Assembly (NCBI GenBank): GCA_965262915.1
Contig: OZ253564.1
Span: 3,584,001 to 3,648,000 of the forward strand
Length of the DNA: 64,000 nt
Origin: Candidatus Spongiisociaceae bacterium
GTDB lineage: Bacteria; Actinomycetota; Acidimicrobiia; Spongiisociales; Spongiisociaceae
Direction: 5' to 3'
The first letter of the stretch is position 1. Every line of letters begins with the position of its first letter. The notes beneath the pieces are model-generated. The model saw only the letters and a program-made list of their open reading frames with translations. It searched no databases and had not been told where the DNA came from. Of this stretch, positions 29,719 to 39,809 are shown in pieces. The position numbers and the translations under genes are program-made.

Positions 29719-30882
29719 ATGAACACCCCCCTCTGCGATATCCCGGCAACAGGAGCATCCATCGGGTATGACGTCTTGGCCAACCGCTGGAACCGGGTAA
29801 GACTTCTAGCCAGAGCCGAAGCCCTTGGTCCACTGATCGTCTACGGCTCGGGGGTGCTCGGGCAGTACGGATTGGTCCACTACCTGACCGGGACCTTCCC
29901 AGACCCGAAAGGAACCTACGTCGTGTTCGGCAACCAAACACCACCGGTGATCGTTGCGAGATCTCCGCAGGAACGTCTGAGGTTGCAACGCTACGGCAAT
30001 TCGCCCGTAGAGATCGCCTACCCGAGCAGTGGTTCGCGCCATGCCCGGTTACAACGTGTAGCAGAGCTCGTCGCGACGCAACGGGACCGCAACCCTCCCG
30101 CCGTAGCCGCAGGAAGCTTGCGCGGCTTGCCTTGGAGCGATCATCAGAGGTTGATGACGCTTCTCGATGTGCCGGGATTCGCCGACGCCTCCCGAATCCT
30201 GAACCTGGCAAAGAGACCAAAAACTCCAACCGACCTGGTAGGAATGGAATGCTCGATCAGGCTGGCAGAGGAAGCTCTTGACCTATTCCTCGCCGACGGC
30301 CGCGTCGGGATGACCGAGCGGGAGGCCGCAGCGCTGATCGAGTCACATCTTCGTGCATATGGTGCATTGACCTCTCTCGTCGATGTCAGTGCCGGGCCCT
30401 ATCTGAGTCAGGCGCCAACCGGGCGGGTCATAGCAAGCGGAGATCTAGTCACCGTCTTCATAGAGACTGCCGGCGCTGACGGCTACTGGGTGGAGTTGGG
30501 AGTCCTTGTGGCGTTCGGCACGGTAGCGGACAGCCTATGGACCTTGGCGGAACAGACTATCGAGACAACCCGACGGGCCGAACTTCTTGCCACCCCGGGC
30601 TGCATCGTTTCGGATCTTGCACACAGCATCGACCAGTTAGTTGAGAGGTTCGGCCGTCCTGCCTTCGGTTACGGACACGGGGTGGGCATCGACGAGGAAC
30701 AGCCGACAGTCTCGCGTGATGACGATTCGATCCTGGAGACGGGGATGACGCTCGCGCTACACCCTTCGATCCTGACCGAGACCGGAGACCGCTCGTTGGC
30801 GGTGGCCAACACCTATTTCATCGACAGCCGCAGGGCAGTACCGCTTTCTGAACGACCTTACGGCGTCTACCGGATCCCATGA
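29719..30882 (+). CDS. Second M24-fold hydrolase lacking canonical metal ligands
   Basis: GMTERE, GYWVE, GHGVGID, LALHP. Confidence 0.75.
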   Translation: MNTPLCDIPATGASIGYDVLANRWNRVRLLARAEALGPLIVYGSGVLGQYGLVHYLTGTFPDPKGTYVVFGNQTPPVIVARSPQERLRLQRYGNSPVEIAYPSSGSRHARLQRVAELVATQRDRNPPAVAAGSLRGLPWSDHQRLMTLLDVPGFADASRILNLAKRPKTPTDLVGMECSIRLAEEALDLFLADGRVGMTEREAAALIESHLRAYGALTSLVDVSAGPYLSQAPTGRVIASGDLVTVFIETAGADGYWVELGVLVAFGTVADSLWTLAEQTIETTRRAELLATPGCIVSDLAHSIDQLVERFGRPAFGYGHGVGIDEEQPTVSRDDDSILETGMTLALHPSILTETGDRSLAVANTYFIDSRRAVPLSERPYGVYRIP

Positions 30883-30933
30883 AGGCACCGAAGATAGACG
30901 GCTAACATTCGGGAGGAGAGACACGAGTCGAAG

Positions 30934-31761
30934 ATGACATCACGAAACCTAACGGAGATCGCTGCACGACGGTTCAATATATCGAGTCGCGCCCGTCAAG
31001 TTATCCTGGCATCGCTCGGTGTCGGTCTGGTGCTGGTGGTCTGGTCGCTCGCGGCAGCGGCCACCGAACCCGTGAGGATCCCTTCTCCGATTCTCGTATT
31101 CCAGGCGATTCGCGAGAACCTATTCGAGATTCGTGCCCTCGAGTTCGCATCCTTCGGATCGGGCGGCATCATCCAGAACCTGACCTATACAGCTGTCAAT
31201 GTGCTGATAGGCGTGGGCACCGGAGCGGTCGCCGGCTTCGCGATCGGCCTACTGATCGGTCGTGTGAGGGTGATTCGCGATCTGTTGGAGCCGCCGCTCC
31301 TATTCGTCGGAACCGTTCCGGTCCTGGTTCTGCTTCCGTTCCTCTCGCTCTGGTTCGGCACCGGCCGCCTGGCCACGAACGGGATGGTCATCTTCTATAC
31401 CATGGTCACGGTTGCGGTAGTAACCCAGCAGGCAACCACCAACATCTCCAACTACTACGACAACTACGCACTCAGCCTCGGAGCAAGCTCCACTCGAGTG
31501 CTTCTTCAGGTCATCAGGCCGGCTGTGATCCCCGAAGTACTCGGCGCGGTTCGCGTTGCGCTCGCTTTCGGTTGGGGGTTCCAAGCAATCGCGGAAGTAC
31601 TCGGTGGGCAGATAGGGGCGGGCCGGGTAATACGGGTCTACGCACAGTACGCGGCCACCGCCGAGATACTTTCGATAGTGTTCTGTGTCGGTGTCCTAGC
31701 GGTTGTGATCGATGGAATCGTGGCCGGTGTCGGGAGATGGGTGGTCCGGTGGCAGGAGTAG
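30934..31761 (+). CDS. ABC transporter permease (NitT/TauT family)
   Basis: IPSP, TM helices, ALSLGAS, IAEVLG. Confidence 0.88.
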   Translation: MTSRNLTEIAARRFNISSRARQVILASLGVGLVLVVWSLAAAATEPVRIPSPILVFQAIRENLFEIRALEFASFGSGGIIQNLTYTAVNVLIGVGTGAVAGFAIGLLIGRVRVIRDLLEPPLLFVGTVPVLVLLPFLSLWFGTGRLATNGMVIFYTMVTVAVVTQQATTNISNYYDNYALSLGASSTRVLLQVIRPAVIPEVLGAVRVALAFGWGFQAIAEVLGGQIGAGRVIRVYAQYAATAEILSIVFCVGVLAVVIDGIVAGVGRWVVRWQE

Positions 31762-31928
31762 GAGCCTCTACGCTCTCGTGAGCGACCTCGACTCGGATAC
31801 CGGCGCTCAGTGCCATGTTCAGTACGAGAGCCCTCAGCCCGTCCGGGTGCCGCGGCGTACCCCTGCCTGGTGGTCATCGCACGTCGTCGAGGACTCGAGG
31901 GGATTGTGACACCGCACGGAGGGCTCGG

Positions 31929-32909
31929 ATGAACCACGAATCGATAGCGGCCGCACAAATAGTGGTCAACGAAGTCCTCGGCATTCAGGCCGGTGAGTCC
32001 GTCCTTATCACGAACGATTCGCGCAAGACGCTGGAGTTGTCGTCGCTGCTCGCGGGGGTCGTCCTGGAGGGTGGGGCAACTCCTGTTGAGTTGACTATGA
32101 CCAAGTTGGCCCGGCCCGGCGTTGCACTCCCCCACCTGATCGCCAAGGCCGCTCAGCACGCCGATGTGTGGATCGAACTCAACGAGATCTACATCCTGGG
32201 GACTGTGGCGGACCATGACGCTCGACGAGCCGGGGTCCGTCGGTTCTACAGTCTCTCCGGAATGACCGTTGACGACCTGATCCTTCTTGAGTTGAAAGTG
32301 AACCGATCGGCTCTGACGGAGCTCGGAGAACGCTTGGGAGTGTTGACAACCGGGAAGGAAGAACTGCGGATCACGTGTGGTAACGGATCCGACTTCCGCG
32401 CGAGTATCCGCGACCGTGTCGCTATCCCTGACACGACCACCATGCCGCTCGGACAGACACATATCTCACCCGTCGAGGAGTCGGTAACCGGACGTCTGGT
32501 GTTTGACGGAACTGCGTTTCCTCCCAAGTCGTTGGCGGTGCTGAGGGACACAACCACCGTAGAGTTCGCGGACGGACTTTCCCGAGTGACCGGTGACGGG
32601 AGGGAAGACGAGGTATTGGCCAGTTGGCGGGAGTGGAACGATGATCCGGGAATCTACCGACTCAACCACGTCTCATATGGCTACCACCCCAATGTCCCGT
32701 TGCCGACAGGTCGTCTCGTGGCGGACGAAAGGGTCTTCGGGTGCTTGTGTGTAGGTTTCGGCCCGCCCCAGCCCTACACGTGTCACTCCGATGTCACCAT
32801 CCTCGGAGCGAACGTACACGTCGACGGCGAACCCATCCAGCTGAACGGACGTTATGTTGATTCCGAGGTGCGGAGGCTAGCCCGCTTCCTCAGGGCACCA
32901 GGCTATTGA
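31929..32909 (+). CDS. M29/aminopeptidase-T-fold protein with NicX-like His...His-x-Asp triad
   Basis: GESVLITND, GRLVFDG, NHVSYGYHP, DERVFG, CHSD. Confidence 0.65.
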   Translation: MNHESIAAAQIVVNEVLGIQAGESVLITNDSRKTLELSSLLAGVVLEGGATPVELTMTKLARPGVALPHLIAKAAQHADVWIELNEIYILGTVADHDARRAGVRRFYSLSGMTVDDLILLELKVNRSALTELGERLGVLTTGKEELRITCGNGSDFRASIRDRVAIPDTTTMPLGQTHISPVEESVTGRLVFDGTAFPPKSLAVLRDTTTVEFADGLSRVTGDGREDEVLASWREWNDDPGIYRLNHVSYGYHPNVPLPTGRLVADERVFGCLCVGFGPPQPYTCHSDVTILGANVHVDGEPIQLNGRYVDSEVRRLARFLRAPGY

Positions 32910-33114
32910 GATAGCCGGAGGGAGGCATCGCTGTCATCCGGTACCCTGCTCGACGAAGCCGACAACGAGGACCGTCGGGTTGTCCAATGCCTCCCAGCGT
33001 ATTCTTGGATGTACGGTGCAACCGACTGGATATCCCGATGCGGACGACACCAAGAATCTATATGACAACTTCATCTAAGCCGACCCGGTTACCTATCGGT
33101 GTGCCGAACCGCCG

Positions 33115-33993
33115 GTGACCTACGTTAGGGCCGAGTCCATCTCCGAGGCGATCTCGCTCCTGGCGGATAACGGTCCGGATGCTCGGATCCTGGCGGGCGG
33201 CCAGAGCCTCATACCGATAATGTCCGCCGGGCTGGCCCGTCCTTCACTGCTGATCGACGTCATGCAGATCCAGGATGCTCCCCGGTTGGCATTGGCGGGC
33301 GATCATGTCCGTATCGGGTTTCGAGCGCGTCACATCGATGTCGAGCGAGCGGACAACGCTATCGCGACTGCCGCTCCGCTGCTTCCGGCAGCGGCTCCAT
33401 TCGTCGGAAACCGGGCGGTCAGAAATCGAGGCACCGTCGTAGGGAGCGTGGCCCACGCTGACCCGGCGGGAGAGTGGCCCGCCGTCGGGATCGCTCTCGA
33501 CGCAACCGCCCATCTGAGGAGCCGGACGGGATCCCGCCGAGTCCGGATCGCTGACCTCATCCTGGGTCCCATGTGGGCGGATCTGGCTCCAGATGAGATG
33601 ATCACCGCGATCGCGGTTCCCGTAGCCAGAATCGAAGCGGGCCATTCGGCGGGAGCCGGTGTCTACGAGTTGGCACATCGGCGCGGCGACTACGCGATTG
33701 TCGGATGTGTTGCCCAAGCTGTACTCGACCCCGAGGCAAGGATCGTAGACGCCCGCTTCGCTCTCTTCGGCCTTGGGAACGCTCCTTGGCGAAGCATCGA
33801 ACTCAACCAGGGTCTAACGGGTGCTCGTCGCAGCGATATCCCCGAACTGACCGCAGAGATCCCCGACCGCATCGATACCGTCACTGACGCCAAGGCGTCG
33901 GCAGGGTACCGGCGGCGGGTGTCCGGTGTGGTGACAGCGCGCGCATTGACACGTGCATTCGACGACGCACTTTCCGGTCTTGCTTCCGGATAG
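33115..33993 (+). CDS. Xanthine/CO dehydrogenase FAD-binding (medium) subunit
   Basis: ILAGGQSLIP, VRNRGTVVGSVAHADP, HRRGDYA, ASAGYRR. Confidence 0.88.
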   Translation: MTYVRAESISEAISLLADNGPDARILAGGQSLIPIMSAGLARPSLLIDVMQIQDAPRLALAGDHVRIGFRARHIDVERADNAIATAAPLLPAAAPFVGNRAVRNRGTVVGSVAHADPAGEWPAVGIALDATAHLRSRTGSRRVRIADLILGPMWADLAPDEMITAIAVPVARIEAGHSAGAGVYELAHRRGDYAIVGCVAQAVLDPEARIVDARFALFGLGNAPWRSIELNQGLTGARRSDIPELTAEIPDRIDTVTDAKASAGYRRRVSGVVTARALTRAFDDALSGLASG

Positions 33994-34096
33994 GTACGCG
34001 GAGTAAGGCGCCGGGGCCCAAGCGAGCCGGCCGAGAACCTGGCAATACCTCTTCCCCTCTGTGCGCTCGCCCCCGGCGGTCGAAGTGGCGCCGTGC

Positions 34097-35269
34097 TCAG
34101 GGTCGTCTCCGGAAACGACCTGCCATGATCACCGATCCCAGGAACGCCATGGCTAATGACAGCGACCAGAGGACCAGATAGTCACCGCTGAGGTCCACAC
34201 TCCAGCCCTGGATAGGCGGTCCGATGCCGAGACCCGCCATGAATCCGAACATGATCACCCCCGATTGCGATCCCGCCTGGCTCGATCTTGCTCGACTTAT
34301 GACGGCCAGCATCCCGACCGAGTTCCATGAACTGGTCGTGAAACCCATCAGGAGGGCTCCGACTGCCAGCTGCCAAGCCCCGGCTCCATAAGGAGCAGCC
34401 AGTATCAGGCCGAATGAAACGACGCCACCTATAGCCTGCCACCGAAGCGTCTCCTCGAACCGGCCACTTCGGTCTGCAAGCCGCGCCCACACCACGCGGC
34501 CTACTACCGCAGCGAACCCAGTCAGACCGGCCGTGGCCCCGCTCAGTACCGGACTGAGGCCGAAGATCTCATGCGCGTAGAGCGGCATGAACGCTATCGC
34601 GGAATTGGCGAACCCCAGCAGGAACGCGAACACGGTAAGCACCACAAGGCCCCGATCAAGGCGAAGGTCAGCGACGCTGGACCCCCTGGACCGCTGATCC
34701 CCCGGATCTCGAGGAACGACGAATCCCACAGAGACCGCTGCGATGACCGTCAAGACTCCGACCATCCCGAGAGAGGCCCTCCACCCCAGATGCAGCGCCA
34801 GGGGCGGGAGCGCGACGCCGCTGGCAAGGAGCGCAAGAGACACCCCCGACTGCTTTACTCCGGTCACGATCCCTCTCCGTCGGGGCGAGAGGTGAAGGGC
34901 GATGGTCTTGTTGGTGGCGGAGTTGGCTGCCGACAGGGGCACGGACGCGATCGCAGAGGCCACGTACATGACCACCATGTTCCTGGCGATGGCGTATAGG
35001 AAGAACGACAATGCGCTCAACGCGAACACAGCAAGCAAAGAACGCTTGGCCCCGATCACATCAACTGCCCGTCCCGACGGGATGGCGACCACCGCGCCGA
35101 GGGCCGAACTCACCGCGATCACCGCTCCGAGTTCCGCCCGGGTTATCGAGAACTCGTCGATCAGGAAGCTCGCCAGGATACCCAGTGCATGCGAGGTCAT
35201 GGTGCTCACGGCCATCGCCAGCACCATGAGGGTCGTTAGCGCGACGGGGGTCCTGAAATCCTCTGTCAC
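34097..35269 (-). CDS. MFS transporter
   Basis: About 12 TM helices, GRAVDVIGAK and RLADRSGR motifs. The longer ORF start runs into the MITE; GTG 35269 is the likely start. Confidence 0.88.
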   Translation of the reverse strand: MTEDFRTPVALTTLMVLAMAVSTMTSHALGILASFLIDEFSITRAELGAVIAVSSALGAVVAIPSGRAVDVIGAKRSLLAVFALSALSFFLYAIARNMVVMYVASAIASVPLSAANSATNKTIALHLSPRRRGIVTGVKQSGVSLALLASGVALPPLALHLGWRASLGMVGVLTVIAAVSVGFVVPRDPGDQRSRGSSVADLRLDRGLVVLTVFAFLLGFANSAIAFMPLYAHEIFGLSPVLSGATAGLTGFAAVVGRVVWARLADRSGRFEETLRWQAIGGVVSFGLILAAPYGAGAWQLAVGALLMGFTTSSWNSVGMLAVISRARSSQAGSQSGVIMFGFMAGLGIGPPIQGWSVDLSGDYLVLWSLSLAMAFLGSVIMAGRFRRRP

Positions 35270-35286
35270 CAACAGCGGGCCTTTAG

Positions 35287-35385
35287 GAGGGTGCGGCAGA
35301 ACGGTGGGGCGCAACGGCCCGTCTTCCTCTGAACAGGCATTATGTCATCGGCCGGCGAGCCGTGAAGAGGTTCCGCACCACCCTC
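35287..35385 (-). mobile_element. MITE family A copy 2 (99 bp)
   Basis: Reverse-complement homologue of 19116-19215 (shared core GCAACGGCCCGTCTTCCTCTGAACAGGCATTATGT); flanks TTAG/CTGG. Confidence 0.8.
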
Positions 35386-35799
35386 CTGGCCCGACGGTCG
35401 AGCGTTGCAGCGATCCCCTCCGCACGCGAATACTCCGGGAGTCAGGCGTTGCAGCCCATGCCGCTTCTCGATCCACGACCTGCCCGCTGCCGCCAACCGA
35501 ACGACACGAACGCGTCACGGACGCGCGTCACGGCGCGGCGCCCCGACACTACAAGTCTCGTCAGATGAGATTTCTCGACTCCACACAGATTTCAGTACCA
35601 GGGTACCTGTCACCGGAGTAAGCCCGCCGTTATACTCTTCGTGATCTCACGGAGGTTCCCGCTTGACTGCAGTTCGGATTGTGAACGCTCATCAGCATCC
35701 CGAACTGCAGTCCCGGCGCCCAAACCCAACCGTTCCTCGTGTCCACGCTTCCGATAGATCCGAACGGCTCAATCCTCATCCTCCAGACGGCGCGGACCC

Positions 35800-36630
35800 G
35801 TGGCCCCAATAACCGCGGCGCCTGACCCCGATCCTCGCGCGCGATCGGTGAGGCGTCCCGCCGTCGTTACACGTGACCTATCGATCGTCTACGGCTCCGG
35901 CAAAGACGCGGTCGTTGCACTCGACGGTTTCAACGCCACGTTCGACGAGAACGAGTTCGTAGCGATCATCGGTCCGTCCGGATGTGGCAAGTCATCGCTC
36001 CTGAAAGCCATCTGCGATCTCTTGCCCGGCGAGGTCGTACAAGGTGTGATTGAAGTCCATGGAAAATCACCTTATGACGCTCGTCGTGACAACGCGTTCG
36101 CCTTCGTATTCCAGGATCCGGTACTGGCTCCTTGGCGTACGGTCGTAGGAAATGTATCACTTCCTCTTGAAGTCGTTGATTCGGACCGATCCGACATCCA
36201 TACGAGGCCGCAAGAACTCGTGGAACTAGTTGGCCTCAGCGGATTCGAGAACGCTTTGCCCCATTCGCTGTCGGGAGGCATGAGGCAGCGTGTGGCGATA
36301 GCACGCGCGCTCACCCTCGATCCGTCGATTCTGCTGTTGGACGAACCATTCGGTTCTTTGGATGAGTTGACACGGGACTACATGCATGACGAACTCCTAA
36401 AAATATGGCGTACCACAGAGGCTAGCGTACTACTGATAACGCACTCTATTCCGGAGGCCGTATATCTCTCCGACCGCGTATTGGTCCTCAGCGCCCGCCC
36501 AGGTCGGCTGGTCGGCTCAGTCGATATTCCATTCTCTCGCCCACGAGACCCGGACATCAAGACATCGATAGAGTTTCTGAAGAAGACGAACGAAGTTAGA
36601 GCATCCCTCAGCCAGGAGTTCTATGACTGA
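35800..36630 (+). CDS. ABC transporter ATPase (NitT/TauT family)
   Basis: GPSGCGKS, LSGGMRQR, LLDEPF, ITHS. Confidence 0.92.
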   Translation: MAPITAAPDPDPRARSVRRPAVVTRDLSIVYGSGKDAVVALDGFNATFDENEFVAIIGPSGCGKSSLLKAICDLLPGEVVQGVIEVHGKSPYDARRDNAFAFVFQDPVLAPWRTVVGNVSLPLEVVDSDRSDIHTRPQELVELVGLSGFENALPHSLSGGMRQRVAIARALTLDPSILLLDEPFGSLDELTRDYMHDELLKIWRTTEASVLLITHSIPEAVYLSDRVLVLSARPGRLVGSVDIPFSRPRDPDIKTSIEFLKKTNEVRASLSQEFYD

Positions 36631-36645
36631 AAGCTTGCGAACAAC

Positions 36646-37485
36646 ATGAGCAGCGAGTCAGGTGGCCGGTCAGCTTCCGATCTCCGGGTTGCGGTGATAC
36701 CACCTGAGCAGCAGCCCAGACGCCTGCAAGAGATCGCCAAGAGATCGATGGTCCTCGTCGTGCTCATCGCTACGATTCTTGTTTGGGAAGCGTGGGTCCG
36801 ATGGCGAGAGATTCCCAACTACCTATTTCCTAGGCCGACGACCGTCGTGGATCGGTTCGTGGCTAAGCCAAGTGTGATGGCCGAGGCCTTCTTCTTCACC
36901 TTGTGGGAGTCACTAATCGGATTCGTCCTTGCGTCTTTGGTCGGGATTGCTCTAGCGATACTCATCGCTCGATCCGCGCTGCTGGAACGGCTCGTATATC
37001 CGTACCTGAATATCATCAGGGTCACACCGATTATTGCCATAGCTCCTCTGTTGACGATCTGGTTCGGTCACGGAATACTTCCCCAAGCGCTGATCGCCGC
37101 CCTGATCGCCTTCTTTCCGATCGTCGTAACAACCGTTCTCGGCCTGAAGTCCGTAGATCCGGAGCTGGTCAGTCTGATGAAACTCCTGAATGCCACCGAG
37201 GCGAAGGAACTCTGGAAGATCAGGCTTCCCAATGCCCTACCCTACATCTTCTCAGCCTTCAGGATATCGGCGCCGTTGACCGTTGTGGGGGCCCTCGTCG
37301 GCGAGTTCGTCGGAGGTGCCCAAGGTCTGGGTTGGATCCTGATCACCGCGAGGGGTCGTCTGGATACGAGCACCGTGTTCCTGATGGTTGTGCTAGCTGT
37401 GCTACTTGGAATTGCATCGTTCACGATCGTCGTCGCTTTCGAGAAGAGGTTTGTCAAGTGGCACCCCGCTGTCGTACTCGAATAG
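36646..37485 (+). CDS. ABC transporter permease (NitT/TauT family)
   Basis: TPIIAIAPLL, RLPNALP, LVGEFVG. Confidence 0.92.
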   Translation: MSSESGGRSASDLRVAVIPPEQQPRRLQEIAKRSMVLVVLIATILVWEAWVRWREIPNYLFPRPTTVVDRFVAKPSVMAEAFFFTLWESLIGFVLASLVGIALAILIARSALLERLVYPYLNIIRVTPIIAIAPLLTIWFGHGILPQALIAALIAFFPIVVTTVLGLKSVDPELVSLMKLLNATEAKELWKIRLPNALPYIFSAFRISAPLTVVGALVGEFVGGAQGLGWILITARGRLDTSTVFLMVVLAVLLGIASFTIVVAFEKRFVKWHPAVVLE

Positions 37486-37556
37486 CCGGGGAGCAACACA
37501 AGGAAGGACAGAGAAAGCCGTTCTTCTGGACGGCACGAACGGAAGGAAGGAAAAGC

Positions 37557-38597
37557 GTGAAGTTAATGAAACTCGTATTCGGGCGAGGTGCGAATTCGCC
37601 CCGACGGTCGATCGCAAAGGCCTTGGTTCTGGTTGCAGTGGTGTCGCTGGTCGCAGCCGCGTGCGCCGAAGAAGAAGCCGATGATGTGGTGATCCGTTTC
37701 AGCTTCGACTGGAAGATGGACGGCGACTGGGCCCCGCTGATCTGGGCCGGCGAAAACGGCTACTTCGAGGAAGAGGGTCTCAACGTCGAGTGGATGGAGG
37801 GCGACGGATCGAGCGCCGTACTGCCGCTTCTCGGCACAGGTGAACTCGAGATCGGGCAGATATCGGCGCCACCGCTCGTCCTGAGCGTTCCCGAAGGGAT
37901 CCCGGTAACGGTCGTAGGTGTCCAAGGGACGGGCAGCCCGAATGTGTTCCTCTGCGACCCGTCGATCCAAACGCCCGCCGACCTGGCCGGAAAGAAGTAT
38001 GCCGACCAAGTGGGTGAGTTCGAACACGCACTGTGGATCGCGTGGACGGCCGCGAACAACGTGAACATCGCTGACGTGGATGTCGTACCCGCCACCGGTC
38101 AGAGCGGCGACGTTCTCTTCATAGAAGGAGAACTCGACTGCTACATCGACTTCTGGACGTCGGGAGTGATACCCGAGGTGTTGAACGCACGTGACGGCGA
38201 GGAGTCCCTCTTCTTCGTGCGGGACAGCCTGGCCATCTACGGGCAGTCCATGGCGGTCAACAACGACTTCCTGGCCGAGCATCCTGACGCGGTCAGAGGG
38301 TTCCTGCGTGCCTACGCGAAGGGTGTCCAGTACGCAGTCAACAACCGTGACGCGACGCTGCAGAAACTCATCGACGAGATGCCGGCGAACGATCCGAACT
38401 CGTTGGCGTGGTCGATCGACCGGTACATCGAGCAGTGGGATAACGAACTGTCGCGGGCTGAAGGAATCCTGGCCTTCGAGGCGAGAGGTTTCGAAGCGAC
38501 GAAGCAAGCCCTGGTGGAGGCCGACCTGATGCCGGACGTGGACATCAGCGGTCTCTATACGTTCGACTATCTGCCGGATCCGCCCATAAAGCCCTAA
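37557..38597 (+). CDS. NMT1/THI5-like substrate-binding lipoprotein
   Basis: Lipobox VAAAC, FDW, GYFEEEGLNV, DLAGKK, HPDAVRGFLRA. Confidence 0.88.
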   Translation: MKLMKLVFGRGANSPRRSIAKALVLVAVVSLVAAACAEEEADDVVIRFSFDWKMDGDWAPLIWAGENGYFEEEGLNVEWMEGDGSSAVLPLLGTGELEIGQISAPPLVLSVPEGIPVTVVGVQGTGSPNVFLCDPSIQTPADLAGKKYADQVGEFEHALWIAWTAANNVNIADVDVVPATGQSGDVLFIEGELDCYIDFWTSGVIPEVLNARDGEESLFFVRDSLAIYGQSMAVNNDFLAEHPDAVRGFLRAYAKGVQYAVNNRDATLQKLIDEMPANDPNSLAWSIDRYIEQWDNELSRAEGILAFEARGFEATKQALVEADLMPDVDISGLYTFDYLPDPPIKP

Positions 38598-38608
38598 CCA
38601 TCCAGTTG

Positions 38609-38652
38609 GCGTGTCGGCCACCTTCGGGAAGTTCCTCGAGGGTGGCCGACAC
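38609..38652 (+). terminator. Stem-loop after SBP gene
   Basis: GTGTCGGCCACC ... GGTGGCCGACAC inverted repeat. Confidence 0.55.
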
Positions 38653-38681
38653 CCATCGAACCTGTAGATTCGAGAAACCGA

Positions 38682-39659
38682 ATGAACGGCGTAACGACAG
38701 TCTCCACGGAGGCTCTTCGTAACTACTGGCACCCGGTGGCGTTCTCCGCCGATGTAACGGACCGTCCCCGCGCTATCACCTTGCTCGACGAACGGGTGGT
38801 TCTCTACAGGACCGCTAGCGGACAAGCCGTTGCCCACAAGGACCTGTGCATTCACCGGGGGACGCCTCTGTCGCTCGGCTGGGTCGAGGAGGAGACGCTG
38901 GTGTGCGCCTACCACGGCTGGTCGTACGCACCGGACGGCAAATGCATCCGCATTCCCTCAGTGGACCCGGCTCGCAAGATCCCACCGAAAGCCCGACTGA
39001 CCACGTTCAAGGTCGATGAGCGGTACGGAATCGTCTGGGTGTGTTTCGGAGAGCCTGCTGCGCCCGTAGCCGACTTCCCGGAATTCGACGACGCGAGTTT
39101 CCGAACATTCCTCACCGAACAGGACGATTGGAACGCAAACGCGGCCCGGCTGGTCGAGAACTTCGTGGACACCGCCCACTTCGCCTGGGTTCATCCCGGC
39201 CTTCTGGGAAACCGGGACAAGCCGCGGGTTCCTCCCATCACGGTCTCCCCCAAGGCACATACAATCGATGTGACCATCAGGATGGAAGTCGCGAACGCGG
39301 TGCACAAGGGCGCGTACAGCGAGATATACGACCAGATAACCCTCCCGTTCACCCTGCGGCAGGTGAGAACCGATCCGGACGGAGGACGTCACATCGTCTT
39401 CCTGGCCATATCTCCGGTCAGTTCGAACCGACTCCGGCGGTTTTCCTACAAGATGCGTGACTACGATCTCGATGCTCCCAACGATCGTTTTATCGAGAAA
39501 TCGTCGATCGTTGCCGCACAGGACCGGGCCATCGTGGAGGAGCAACGACCGGAAGAGCTTCCGGTGAACCTGACCGCCGAGCTCCACATCAAGGGTCCGG
39601 ACGACCCGGCCCTGGTGTACCGGAAGGCCTTGGCCGCCATCGGAGTGGAAGTTCATTGA
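38682..39659 (+). CDS. Rieske non-heme iron oxygenase (VanA/NdmA-type demethylase-like)
   Basis: CIHRG...CAYHGW Rieske motif; ENFVDTAHFAWVH and QDRAIVE iron ligands. Confidence 0.9.
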   Translation: MNGVTTVSTEALRNYWHPVAFSADVTDRPRAITLLDERVVLYRTASGQAVAHKDLCIHRGTPLSLGWVEEETLVCAYHGWSYAPDGKCIRIPSVDPARKIPPKARLTTFKVDERYGIVWVCFGEPAAPVADFPEFDDASFRTFLTEQDDWNANAARLVENFVDTAHFAWVHPGLLGNRDKPRVPPITVSPKAHTIDVTIRMEVANAVHKGAYSEIYDQITLPFTLRQVRTDPDGGRHIVFLAISPVSSNRLRRFSYKMRDYDLDAPNDRFIEKSSIVAAQDRAIVEEQRPEELPVNLTAELHIKGPDDPALVYRKALAAIGVEVH

Positions 39660-39809
39660 ACGTCCTCTCCGGCCGATGTACTCGAAGGCGGGGGAGGTGC
39701 GGCTCTGACCGGCGACTCGGCAAGTCTCCGACTCGGATTCCGAGTTCTCCACGTCCGGGCGGGAACGAACCGACTTTGATCCCCAAGACATGAGGAGTCA
39801 CCCCCCCGG

